Positions 23,419 through 36,149 of a stretch of DNA of 64,000 nucleotides are shown here, piece after piece. The DNA comes from Ruditapes philippinarum (Eukaryota): the NCBI RefSeq assembly GCF_026571515.1, contig NW_026864773.1, positions 62,001 to 126,000 on the forward strand, read 5' to 3'. Position 1 is the first letter of the stretch. Every line of letters starts with the position of its first letter. The notes under the pieces were generated by a model. The model made no database searches and was not told where the DNA came from. It worked only from the letters and a program-made list of their open reading frames with translations. The position numbers were made by a program, and so were the translations under genes.

Positions 23419-26400
23419 AGACACGTACAGAGAATACCTAAGAAAAGAAAGAGAAAGGTACAAAAGCAAGAAAGAGCGAGGAATTGTTCTACCTATATCA
23501 GAATTGGGCACTCGTGATCAAAGAAATAAACGTCGCCAATGGCGGAGAAATGCCAGAAACAAAAAGGTAAAAGATGTGCAACTCAGAAATGCCATTATGA
23601 ATCAAGTTACGCCACCAACTTCTCCAATGTCACCTGAGAATAACAATCAAAGACAACAGCAACGCAGACAAGCTGGTAGAAAAAAAGTAAGAAAGGACAG
23701 AGCAAGGGCATATAGAGAAATATTCAAGTTACGTTTGGCCTTAAATAGAGCAGAAAGATTAACAGAAAAGTACAAGAAAAGAAATCAAAGGCTACAGAAG
23801 AAACTGCCGAAGCCTAAACTTGATCCTACCAAAGAAACAATCACAAATCGTGAACTGAGAAAAGCCTTGAACTTCTATAATGTAATAGTACAAAATATAA
23901 AAAAGAGATATGATACAACGAAAAGCCCTAGACAAAGAAAGTTCATATCTAGCATAGTTTGTTCCTACGAACTACTAAGGAAGTACCGATTGGGACAGTT
24001 TGCCAAACATACACTAGGAATATCAAAGCACCAAATGAAAACAGGCGATAAAACAAGAAAGAAAACAATTAAATCAACCAGAATTAAAAAGGTAATAACT
24101 GAATTCCTGGAAAGAGACGACAATTCGCGCTTGAAAGCAGATAAGAACGCAACTGTTACGAGATATAAGCAAAAAAAGCAGATCCGACTGTTGACAGATG
24201 ATTTGAAGCATCTTCACGCCAAATTTATATCTGAAGGTGTTCATAGGAAGATTTCATATTCGCTGTTTTGTAGATTACGCCCATTTTGGATTAGATCACC
24301 AACATTCAAAGACAGAGATACATGCTTATGCAAATTACATGAGAACCTGCAGTATAAGCTTGAAAGAGCATATATCGAAAAGATGTATATATCAAAAAGA
24401 ATTCAAGACCTTGCAAAAACTCTTACTTGTAAATTAGACTGTAAAAAATGCATGTATAGGGAGTGTGAAAAATGCAAAAACAAGAGGCTAAACCTAATGA
24501 TAGACGAAGAGAGAAGGGGAAAACAAGTCACATGGAAGATGTGGCAGAATAGAAAAGTAGAATTTATCAAGAAAGGGGAAGTAAAACAAACGACACGAAT
24601 GATAAAAAATACTGAGCAAGGTACCATAGAAACACTTAATGAGGAAATCAACACAGAGATGAACAGAATATGCCGACATATATATAACATCAACAACCAG
24701 TACAAGGCAATTACATATTTAAAGGAAAACCTCCAAGATGACGATGTAATATTTCATGTTGACTTTAGCGAGAATTACAACTGTAAATATGATAAAGAAA
24801 TACAAGCTGATCATTACGGAGCATCGCAACACCAGATAAGCATTCACACAGGAGTCGCATACACCAAAACGGAAACGATTCCGTTTGCCACACTCTCAGA
24901 TAACTTGGAACATGGTCCTAGTGGAATTTGGGCACATATGGAACCTGTTATTAAGTATATGAATACTCGTCATGAGTTTAAGACTTTACATTTTGTATCT
25001 GATGGACCAACGCCTCAGTACAGAAGTAAGTTCAATCTTTATCTTTTTACCACACAAATGTTTGAAAAAGGATATTTGAAAGGAACATGGAACTTCCAAG
25101 AGTCTAGTCATGGAAAGGGGGCAGCAGATGGTGTGGGCGCGGTGGTAAAACGAACTGCGGACAAACGTGTGGAAACAAACGGATCTGATATAACTTGTGC
25201 CGTGGATTTAGCTCACGAACTGAAAGACTTAAACGTTAAAGTATTCATAGTCAAAGGTGAAGAAATTGATAGATTGGCAGAAAAGATCCCAAAGGATTTA
25301 AAAAGTATTCATTTCATCATGAAAGTTCACCAGGTAATAAGACTTTTTGTAACACTTAAAACGAATACACGCTTATATCTAAAATATAAAACCACAACAA
25401 CAATAAAATTTTATTCGCAGACTCAACATTACAGATGCATTTGGTTAACACATTAATAAGTAGAAATATTCTTTTAATAAACGACAGTTTAAAATAAAAG
25501 TAAATAAATACATTAAAAACATACTTTACTTATTAAAGCGCAGATCTTTACAACAACAAAAAATAATATATCATATAAATATTTTGAGCAACGTGTTTTT
25601 CAGGTGTTGGTGAATGAACCAGGAAAATTGCGCTCAAGAGTAGTGTCCTGCTTCTGTAAATACCCAGATGAATGCGACTGTTACATGAATGAGTCTGGTA
25701 CAACATGCTTTCTGGCAGCGGAAAAACATGTAAGTGTAGTGTTATTTTCTGTTATATGATAACTGCTCTCAAAAATTCTCAATCAAGTAATAATAATTGT
25801 ATTGTATTTGCCTTAACCCTGTCCGTCACAATCCACTGTGATATTATTTACATGTATATAGTTAATGATATGTTAATTGTCTTTCAGATAAATAGCAAGT
25901 CGTCAAATGTCAATATTAATACACCACCAGAAGCTGAAAGAAGTGGTCCGTCTGATTCAGGGAGTGGTAATCTAGACAAACAGGAACAGTCACTGCAGTT
26001 AAATTTGAAATAACTGCAAAATAAATATATAAAAGTCATTTTATTCTCTCAGCTAATCACATAATTTGCGTTACATGTATACTGTAAAATTTTATGCAAG
26101 TTAATAATACTTGTAACTTTATATTTTTATTTTCTACATTTTACACTTTCAGCAATCAGCAATCCTCCGACCTCCACTTGATGTCGACGAAACATTAATT
26201 GGACAATACGTGGTGGTACTCTATGATTGACTACCATATCCTGGAGTGGTGAAGGACGTTGATGAAAATGACCTTGAAGTGAAGGTAACTAGATGACATT
26301 TGGATTTGAAAATATTGATCACATGATGACAAATGTGTTGAAAGTTCTGTGTAAAATCACACGTGCAGTAACACATCATTATATAATTTGCAAAAAAAAT

Positions 26401-26705
26401 AATATTATGATGAAAGATTTCTTTAAACTTAGCTACTCTATCTTGATCAATGTTATACTTAATATGTATGTTGTATTCTTTACTTGATAACTGCAATACA
26501 AACCATTTATTCGTCTTTGTTTCAGGTAATGCACAAAGTTGGAGTAAACAGGTTCTACTGGCCAAGCCCATTAGAAGATATATGTTGGTACACAAAAGAA
26601 AATGTCTTAACGATTCTCGAGTCAGAACCAAAAAAACTAACTGGACGTCATTGCCAAATTGATCCCGAAACATGGACATTGATTGTTAAACATTTAGATG
26701 TGTAA
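23360..26705 (+). CDS. Sola2 transposase; exons 23360-25333, 25604-25729, 25888-~25967, ~26153/26160-26284, 26526-26705; one in-frame TGA at 26228-26230
   Basis: Motifs HVDFSENY, FVSDGPTPQYR and WNFQESSHGKGAADGVGAVVKR, with Cys clusters TCLC..H and CMYRECEKC. Later exons give SCFC..C.C and GQYVVVLYD*LPYPG...VMHKVGVNRFYWP..EDICWY. The exon 3/4 boundary is uncertain. Confidence 0.9.
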
Positions 26706-29700
26706 ATGTGAATGCCATTTCACAAACAATAGTTTCATATTGTTGTAAAACAAATTGTTGGATAGTTTCTTGTTACTAGTTGCAACATTTATTTGATTCA
26801 TAGGTATTATATATATAAAAAAAGTTCGTAATGATAGTTCATGTGTGACAGTGTGCTATATAATGGAAGCTGTATATTCGTTACCATTTGTATGGTATCA
26901 TCATAATGATTCGACGGTGATTGCACAGTGTATACCTTTCTAAAAACAGTTCCTATCATAATTCTAGTTTAAATTGTTCTATGTGTAAAATAAAAATACC
27001 ACTTCAGTCCTGCAGAGGAATACTAACACAACTTACTTGTCATTTTTTTAAAGAAGTTTCGTTAAATTGCAATGAAAAAAAAAATATTTGAGAATTTGTA
27101 AAAATAAAATAGAATGACCCATAATTTATTAAATTGTGAAACATGTCATGATAAAATCATCAACAATTTTGTTACTGAAGTTTAGTATTATAATGAATTT
27201 GATTGGTATTAAGCCAATTTGTTACAAGATTAATATTCCTGAAAATCCTACTGGCTGGGGACCACTAAATCCAGACTATCTCCAATTCCGGACTATCCGG
27301 AATATGCCTGATTTTTTTTCTTTGTTCTGTGGTTGTTGTCAACAACCACAGAACAACTTGTTCCATCAGTTGTTGTTTTTTTATCAACAATAAATTCATG
27401 TTTTTCCTGTGATAAAGTATTAAATTTAATTCAACTTTCGCAAGCGGTAATATTTTATGTCAATTACATCAAGAGGGCAATATTTAGCTGAGTTTTGATA
27501 CTTGGTTAATGCTATAATCAATTTCATAGTAAATCCAGTCTCATTGAACCCTCATAATCATGTCAATACACACATGTATTATTTAACAAATAAAACATGG
27601 CCTTGAGGGCAATATGCAAGTTTACGGACTGATTGGTCAGACTGAGGAAGGTATATGGCCCAAAGCGCAGTTTTGATACTTGGTTAATGGTATAATCTTC
27701 TTTTTGTCTTTATTTTTTGTTAATCAAATAAGACAGGCAACACCCCCCCCCACCCCCTTCCCCAATCTTTAATATTTTCACAAACTGTATAAATAAAATT
27801 TATAATCAATTTAAAGACAAATCCTGACTTTTAATCAACATGTAATAAATTTATGTGAAACAAAACAATAAATTCAGTAAAAAGAATAATTAAAAATTAA
27901 TTTACTTCAAAATAAAATATTATACCTCATTTGCATACGCCCTTGTATATTTAATATGATGTCATCATAGAAGGGCATATGCAAATGATGTTGTATATTT
28001 ATATATGTAAATTTTTTAATAGTAATATTTTGATGAAACATTTTAATGTAAGTGATAGTCTGTATGTGTTATAAGCTCAGTTTGCTACTTTTAAGCCATA
28101 ACATCTTGGCTTCTTGTCCTAAGATGAAAGTGTTGATTTGCCTCACAAGCATTGTACTGCTGTGTTTTACAGTCAGTCTTGATTGTAAGATTGTTAACAA
28201 ATAATGTCATACATGCATGCAATATCATTCAAGCAATTAAAATAATTCTGTTCATGACTTTTAACTTGCTTTCTCATATTCTCTTCATGGTACTTTAAAG
28301 CAGTTGAATGATGCCTTTAACATATTGTAAATATTTTCTTTCAGGTCATAAAGGATCTATTGATGATGTCTTTCTTCAATGAATTACTTGACATATAAAA
28401 TGGGGGAAAAGGAACTGTCTATAACAATCTGCAACAAATTAAACAGAAACTGGGACAAGGCAATATAGTTTATCCTTTATCAGTTCTTAACACACTGGAC
28501 TACAGACCACATTTAATTGCATATTATCATTCTATCAAGACAATGCGAAACAAAAAAATAACCTTTATCGCTTTTATTGACTGGAGAAGGAGAAACTCAA
28601 ATCAAAGATGTATACAAAAGAAACAAACAACATACATATGTCAATATTGAATCAATGAAGATGGCAGTTGAAACAAACCATATACATCCATCGTGAATCA
28701 AGGAAGAAACTGGAAACCAACTTGTATACAATGTATATCTTAGAACTGTGAAGAAGAAACTGGAAATAAACCAATAAGTGTTTGTCTTCAATAAACGAAG
28801 AAGAAAGTGGAAAGATATCAATTCAAGTTCATTTTTAATCAACAAGTCAATATACATGATATATACATTTATCTAGTACTACTAACTGCCATCACAAAAG
28901 ATGAGCACAGGGCTATAAAGAAATTGGAACTAAAGCAATGTGCCGTATTTGTTATTAAATGCAGCTGTAAAGGAATATAAGAACACTTTAAGTGCTAGTT
29001 TGGATCATTCTGTTTTGTCGATTATCTTTTAAATGAGAGTAGGAAAAAAAATCAGCTGATACATGTTCAGCTTCAGGTACCTAAACCTTTGTAAACGTTG
29101 TAGGAAAGTTTCTCCAAATTACTCTCCCCCCCCCTTTCCTTGGGGTGGCATCTATGCTGTCTTTTTACCAAATGACTAATGTGAACGTGGTCAAATAGTG
29201 TTATTCTCAGAAACTTGAACCGTAAAACATCGGCACATAGCCTGGGCGTCGCAAGGACATTACGATATAACCCATCGCGTTTCCGTGTCGAATTCGACGA
29301 TAGTCAGGATGGACCTAGTTGGATCTCCACCGGGATCAACCGGGAATACACCGGGTTAAAATCGGCACTTACCGTATATATATCCGGTGCTATATCGGGT
29401 ACTGAACCGGGAATTTACATGGGCGTTGTCGGGGATGTAACTGGATTTTCCATTAAAACACCACGGAACACCGCGGTTTGCCGGCTTAAGACACCGTAGC
29501 GATACAGTGGCCATTACCGGGACAGTGTTAATGGGGCTTAAGTGACCAAATAGTGCTCTACAATTGTAAGTCATTTCAACACGTAACATTTATGATTATA
29601 AACCATAAAATTAGAATATAGATAATTTGGAAAATTCTGTTTAATAAAGTTGTCGGCCATTGGCTAAAGACATGGTTATTCCCATTTCAGTTGTATGCCA

Positions 29701-31199
29701 AGTAATAAATGACTGAAATAAATAACTTAAATATTAATTAATAATAAGTATAAGCAGAAGAGTTTTTGCAAAATGACAATGGAATAAATAAATAAATTAC
29801 AGTTCAGTTTACATTGTAAATAGTTATGAATAACCTTTAAATGAGATTTGAAATCAAAATATTTTTTTTCTATTTCAAATTATAGTATAACAAAAATAAC
29901 TGTTATGATTAAAGGGAGTTAACTTTGCAGTTTTCTTCTATACACATATATATCACTGGTAAGACATTTTGCATTATTAACTGTACGTGTACGTAATAAA
30001 GTAAAAAAATGGACAGACAAGTTAACCATGGTCCATGGTCAAGCGATCAACTATAAATTTCAACATTTTATTGTTTTGGTTATATTAATAATAATCATGT
30101 CTCTTCTTTTTGAATTATTAAAATAGAGAATGAAACAAAATGAACTACTTTTTGATAATATTTAAAGAAATGTTTATTTGTAGATAAATACTGGCTTAAT
30201 TCTCATACGTCTTTCGTTACTAATGAAACCACTAATAAATTGCCATACTCACAACAATGTTTACATTTTGTCAAGTCTGTGCCTAAGTGCCAAACTTCCA
30301 GGATTAATATGTAGTATTTATAAAGCATATAAAATAGTTTATATGGTGATAATTACGTATACTTAAAGGATTGTGATGAGAAATTCTCCTCTATTCACAC
30401 ATACTTACATGTTGTAAAGAAATACCTTTGACAACATTAGCGTGTTTTAATGTACTTGTTATGAGACAAAACAAAATGAACAATTAATGTGTGCAAAAAT
30501 GTATGAAACGGGTCATAGAACGGCCACAGAAAAGGTGATATAAATGATCGATTCCGACACAACCACAATCGAGATGATAATTTAATCTATGGAAGACCGT
30601 ATACGTCAAACTATTTGGTTTATCAGAGTATGTTATCGGTGCGGTAAGAAATTATATCCCACCCGCTGAGACCGAAATATAGTTCCTTTAATTTCTAAAG
30701 TTATTTCTTGTTTAACACGTTACTGTCTTGAATAATATATTTAGATTGACCTAACTGATTTTAGTTAATTTGTAAAAACGTAAAGCCTCAACAGAGCAGC
30801 CCTTTCTTGAGGAAATACAGAAGTTATGAAATAAATGTTGTAAATTATTTTTGCGTTATATTTTTTCATGTTTAATATAAACATGAAATGTGTTTTCAAC
30901 GGAAGCAACATAGAAGGTTGAAACACAAAATTTACTGTACACTGCAATTACCAGTACCGTCCGAAAACAGGCTTCAACATCATTGTCAACTTAGCCTTTT
31001 TGTCCTTTCGGGACCTATGATAGAAACAGAATTGGAATATTTGAAGAAGAAAAACGTGAAATACGAAGTTGTGTAAAGTAATAACAGCAAAGGCGTTCCA
31101 TACAATCTTCCATAATCTGTTTGTATAGCTTAAAATACATACTGTTTGTTAGAATATAAAAGGGAGTAACAGCAAGCGACGGGTCATCATATTGTCAAT

Positions 31200-32255
31200 A
31201 TGTCTTCAGTAAATTACTATTATGTTGGCGATTGTAAACCCAACTATTTTATTGAATGCCAAATAGCGTATTGGGCATGGCGTATATTTCCGGGCATTTT
31301 GCTGTTCTTCGGTACGTGTGGAAACATTATGAATATCATCATTCTCTCAAGAAGTCAGCTTCGAAAATATTCAACTTCAGTGTTTCTTCTAATTCTTGCG
31401 ATAACAGAACTTGTTTTATTATGGATTTCTTTGGTTCCGGACACAACATTAGGTATCACAGGGCGTCGAATTGAGGACGAATTTTTAGTCATATGCAAAT
31501 TGAGATATTGGCTTCTTTTGACATCCGGTTCGTATGCTACGTGGTTACTTGTTTTCTTAACATTAGAAAGGGTACTTTTAACAAAAGCACCAGTATTCTC
31601 TAGAAGGAAAGTAAATCCAAGGAATTGCCTAACTGTATCACTGATTGCTTTGTTGTTAATATCATTGTCGAACTGCCATATGATTTACGGGACGCAATTT
31701 TTCGACGGTCTAAATATTGCAAATACCTCAACAAACAGTTCTTATGACGCCGGTTACATTAACTTACAATATCAATGTTTCTTTGTGTCAGAGGAATATA
31801 TGGCATTTGTTAGACATTTTTGGAGTGTTTTTGTTTTGATTATATATAACGTTTTACCAGCACTCATAATAATTGTCGGGAACGCGAACATTATTGTGGT
31901 TCTATTTCTAAGAAGTCGTGGTTTCACGACAAGGATACACCCGGTTACCAACCCAGCAGAAGCTTCTAGAAGGAAGGCGTCAACTAAATTGTTGGTAATT
32001 TTAAGTGTATTTTACCTCGTCACAACAACCCCGTGGTGCCTTTATATGGTCTTAAGAAGCAAACTGACCGAGTTCGGAGAGGAAGGTGGACTGAGTTTTG
32101 CAAGATGGCAGCTGTTTACTGTGATTGTAAATCTTTTGCTATGGTCAAATTTTTCATTTAATTTCTTCTTCTACTTTATGAGCGGTACTCTTTTCAAACG
32201 AGAATGGAAACGGATCATGGAGAAGGTTGCCGGCCTTTTTAAAAGGCACGACTGA
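31200..32255 (+). CDS. Intronless class A (rhodopsin-like) GPCR, FMRFamide-receptor/GPR139-like peptide or chemosensory receptor type
   Basis: 351-aa ORF with seven hydrophobic segments: TM1 GN, TM2 LAITE, C at the start of TM3, TLER in the DRY position, TM6 TTTP, TM7 NFSFNFFFY and helix 8 SGTLFKRE. Confidence 0.93.
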   Translation: MSSVNYYYVGDCKPNYFIECQIAYWAWRIFPGILLFFGTCGNIMNIIILSRSQLRKYSTSVFLLILAITELVLLWISLVPDTTLGITGRRIEDEFLVICKLRYWLLLTSGSYATWLLVFLTLERVLLTKAPVFSRRKVNPRNCLTVSLIALLLISLSNCHMIYGTQFFDGLNIANTSTNSSYDAGYINLQYQCFFVSEEYMAFVRHFWSVFVLIIYNVLPALIIIVGNANIIVVLFLRSRGFTTRIHPVTNPAEASRRKASTKLLVILSVFYLVTTTPWCLYMVLRSKLTEFGEEGGLSFARWQLFTVIVNLLLWSNFSFNFFFYFMSGTLFKREWKRIMEKVAGLFKRHD

Positions 32256-33914
32256 CTATGACAGATAAAAACTTGTTGTTTTTTTTTTTTTGCAAAAAAT
32301 ATATAATCAAGTCACAGTTACCAAAGAAAGCGACATCCCATTGATACCATAACCTTTGTACAAAACTGAACAACTCACGTCTATAGTTACAATTATTGAC
32401 AAAATGCACGTTAGTCTGATAAATCTCCTCAAAAAGCCCGTCAATTTTCTGTGAAAACTCAAAATAGATACATGAAAAGATGTTCATCTGGCATCATCCG
32501 GCAAGTGTAATTTATTTCAAAGAAGAGTTTTGTTTTTAAATGATAATTGCAAGAAAAAAGATAGGGAGAAAATTCATTTTTTTCCTATAGATAAAGAACG
32601 TATTTTCATCGAGTAGTATAAAAATAAATTATTCATGATTGGCGGTAGCCACGAGAGGAACATGATAATTTTTATTCAATAAGATGAAAATGAAAATCCT
32701 GTATTCATAGATAAAATATTTTGAATTTTCTGTTTATTATATCTACATGTACATTTTTATTATTTTTTGACATTATAAATCAAGATACTTTAAATTGTTT
32801 ATTGGCTGAATTTAGAAGAAATTGGTCCTGCAAGACACATAAAAATACGAAAATTATGTTTCACTGCAGTGAATTTTTACAGTGAAAATACGGAAATGAA
32901 AATAGGCATTTTATTTCATCAATATTTCTAAATAATTCAATAAATAATTAATTTATAAGTATTTATTAAATAACGTTACAGCAGATTTATTGATTTTATA
33001 TAAGTTTTGTAAAGTAAGTTATTGGAATAGCTAAGGTATGGCAAATACATGGAGAATATTTGATTGTTGACTGAATTGTTATATATTACAGTGAGGAGAA
33101 GGATAATTGCAATATTTGGCCTTTTTTCATTTCAATGTGGGATAAAATAAATAGCTAATTTGTTGAACAAGTTAAACACATTTTCTTTCTATTTAATGCC
33201 TAATTATAATCCACTCCTGCCATTGTACCGCGAAAAAAAGACCCAAATAAAGCAGATACCGTCAGCCGTTCCAAGTCCACGCGAAAGCTGCGCAAACAAA
33301 AGTATTTTAAGTTTGTAATTATTATTAACAAATTAATTGCTGCCTTTATAAATCAATACAGTATCTAACAAATTATTCATTAATGGATGGAAAGTATTGC
33401 TATATATTACGTAATAACGTTGCTGCCATTTGTTATTCTGCAGTACAATTATTAGACAAAAAATATGTGGTAAATCGTGTGTTATATACATGTATATATT
33501 CACACTCAACATTCTGAAACTAAGTTTAAATTTGAAGTACACTACTATACAGAACGCAGCAATTGTTTGCCAATCCTTACAGCACACATCAATACTGTCC
33601 AAATTTGCAGCACGCATAGGAAAAAAAGAATTCGCATCACGCAGCATGGAATTTAATAACACATCGGTTTTGAATAAATTTGTGTAACTTTCATATTGTA
33701 CTAAGATTTTATAGATTTACAACACCTTTATTTTATTATAATTCTTGTTGTGAAACAGTGATTTTCATAATATAACTGCTTTCATTTGATTAAGATAAGA
33801 GACAGCAATATTATTTTCTCTTTTACTGGAACTTTTCTGCTACCTAGTTCATCAGTTTCTGCATATATATAAAAATAAAACCGTTGATAGACTGGTTACG
33901 AAATTGATTAATAA

Positions 33915-34118
33915 CGCTTGGTTTTAATATATTCATTAAAACTCAATTGCGAAACAAGATCTTGCAACTTATGTGTATCACTTTCGTGTCCGCATCCTGG
34001 AACCAATCAGTACTGGTGTAATATGAGGAAACATGGCCATGACCCTATTAGGGCTCGAACCTGTGATCCATTAGTTGACAGGCAGACAGACACCTTAACC
34101 AATAGGTCATGGCTCTCC
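33915..34118 (-). mobile_element. tRNA-derived SINE (Meta/MESC-like core)
   Basis: Minus strand has A-box-like tgacctattggttaag, B-box ggttcgagccc and core ccagtactgattggttccaggatgcggac. Confidence 0.7.
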
Positions 34119-36149
34119 GTTTACATGTTTCATTAAGCTTTCATTTGTGTCTGATCTAGCTTTTAATTTGCAGTTACTCATTTAGTGTGTTTCGATCTGT
34201 ATTTATTTTTTGGCGGGTTTTCTTTATAATTCCTCAGCCATTTTTTGCAGTATGTACCACATCATAGTTTCCAGATTAAAGTGCACCTTCATAATCTAAG
34301 CGATCTGTCGGATGGCTGATAAGTGATAGCGTCACAGTTCCTCATATTGACATGTGAACAGCTAGTTGACTTGTTGATCGGGTGGTTTTATTACGTCAAG
34401 GTATTCCTTAAAAAACATAATTATACTTTATAACCAGTAATATAGGTCTACCGTATTCAACCACTGTTGAACAACGTTCACCGGATATAGCCTATCAAAA
34501 CACCTAAAACGAGAATATTTAGGTGTACGTTGAGTTCAACGAAGGTAATGTTTCAGCTTACTTTTTCTCCATCATTACTAAATCGATTTTTCCAAAAAAT
34601 GATCAATACTGCGCGAACGACGTCTCTGACGTCGCACATATTGTTGAGCAGGGGCGATATTGCAAACGTAACATTTTTTTTTAATTCTGTAACTTTAAAA
34701 CTGTTTTATAGATTACTTATATATTTTCAGGTTGTATTCAGAAATAAAAGAACTTTGTTATTATGTATTGTATATAACCGTTGAAAGTATCAAATATAAG
34801 ATATGAAGACAGTCACATTATATATTGAACATCCATCGTATGTCTGGTTTTAGAGGAGATTTTTCTTAAAATTTCTGCCTGCAAATTGAAAAAATTCTAA
34901 CATCGGCCAACAAAACTGTAATAACTACTTCTGAAGACTTATGTTGCGGTCAATATATAGTTTTTTCTGACCCGATAAATCAGACTTTCGCTCTCATTCA
35001 ATATACCATGCAGCGATATATAGACTTGAACAATAAGTTTAAAATTGATAATTAATGCACTGGCTACTATAAATGGTATCAGAATTGCCTATGATTTCAA
35101 AAGAAAGAAAGAAAAAAACGCTTAAAATATATCTATCAATTGTATTAGAATATTAATACAGGTCGTAGACGAGTCAGAAAGTGATAATCGGTTAAATATG
35201 CACGTTTTGGAAGAGATGTTACATCAGTTTAGGGAAGGCAAACTTGAAGTGTGTAGCGTAAACTTTATTGATTTATTTTATTGTTTTATTTTTATTGTTC
35301 GAGTTTTAAAGGGAGTTTTGTTGATTAAATTTGGTTAATTCTAATTGATTGTGTTGATCATAATTGATCAGGGTTCATTAGTTGTAATAAATTGTTGTAT
35401 TTTATTTGGTTGTTGATATATATCTGTTTGGTAAGATATACTTGGTTGATATTGGTTGAGTTGTATGGAGTGATTTTGTCTTGTCAAGTTTATATTAGTT
35501 GATACTTTTTTTGCGGATATGTGCTTGAGTCTTAATTGTTTTTCTGATGCTGATTAGATTTTGCGAAGTTAATATTGTTGGTTGAATGCATATGGTTTGT
35601 ACTGTATCTTCGAGTTGTAAAAAAAATAATTTCGTGTTCTTCATTTTGTGGCAATTTTATTGATTTTATTAAGTTGTTTAAAGCTTAGGCTGTCAGGTGT
35701 CTAGGATGGTTTCGTATATTAAAAGACATATAAGTGAAAAGATATTTGGTATAAGTAGTTGATAAATGATGTGTAAATATTTGGGTATAAATAAAGATCG
35801 GATTTCTTTGTTTTGGGTGTAAATAATAATCATTTTTGTTACCATTTTACATACTGTTAGTCTCTTTGAGAAAGCTTTTCAAGCTTCCTACTCAATCCGT
35901 ACTATTTATTATTTGTCAATTATCTTGTAAATGTAATGTTTATAAATAAAATATTGTTTAAACTAAATGATAATCAGAGTTTGTTGTTTAATTTGTATTT
36001 GAAAAATAAAATGGTAAAAACATCTACACAAATAATGTTAACTAAACAATTACATGCTAGTTTTTCCAATTGAGGATATTTCAATTTTAAGTCAGGCGGT
36101 GCTGCCTAGCCTCAAATATTTTGGAAATTGGTTTTAGTTTATATTACTG

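Larger units (their letters stand above)
22139..27120 (+). mobile_element. Sola2 DNA transposon, near full length (4982 bp)
   Basis: TIRs gggtcattctatttt... / ...aaaatagaatgaccc with GRG-type ends, a 4-bp TSD ATAA (22135-22138 and 27121-27124), and an internal DDD transposase. Confidence 0.92.
21293..28777 (+). pseudogene. Decayed two-exon orphan gene (exons 21293-21427 and 28345-28777) whose intron holds the Sola2 element
   Basis: aaaATGgac start; MDDLSRCWNWKK...AYGTVIE|gtaagc (phase 0) joins ttttctttcag|VIKDLLMMSFFNELLDI*NGGKGTVYNN... (phase 0). Exon 2 stays largely open apart from two stops and one frameshift. Confidence 0.45.
20131..29537. mobile_element. Outer non-autonomous TIR element (Harbinger-like termini) split by nested insertions
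   Basis: Left TTAA|gccccatttacacagtcccgg and right ccgggacagtgttaatggggc|TTAA. Both arms (20131-~20570 and ~29215-29537) are GC-richer and ccgg-rich, and share ccaccgggatcaacc. Confidence 0.85.

Noticed and set aside
25334-25456. C-terminal tail of the 698-aa ORF as real protein
   Set aside because: It follows a CAG|GTAATA donor and is better read as intron; the conserved transposase sequence continues at 25604.
29215-29589. 94-aa and 77-aa ORFs
   Set aside because: They lie in the GC-richer right arm of a non-autonomous TIR element and contain no recognisable motifs.
34276-35200. Possible Kolobok-like element starting ttaaagtgcac
   Set aside because: No matching right terminus was found.
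35240-35970. Strand-biased G/T-rich tract, possibly a LINE fragment on the minus strand
   Set aside because: No convincing protein motif could be read, so it was not annotated.
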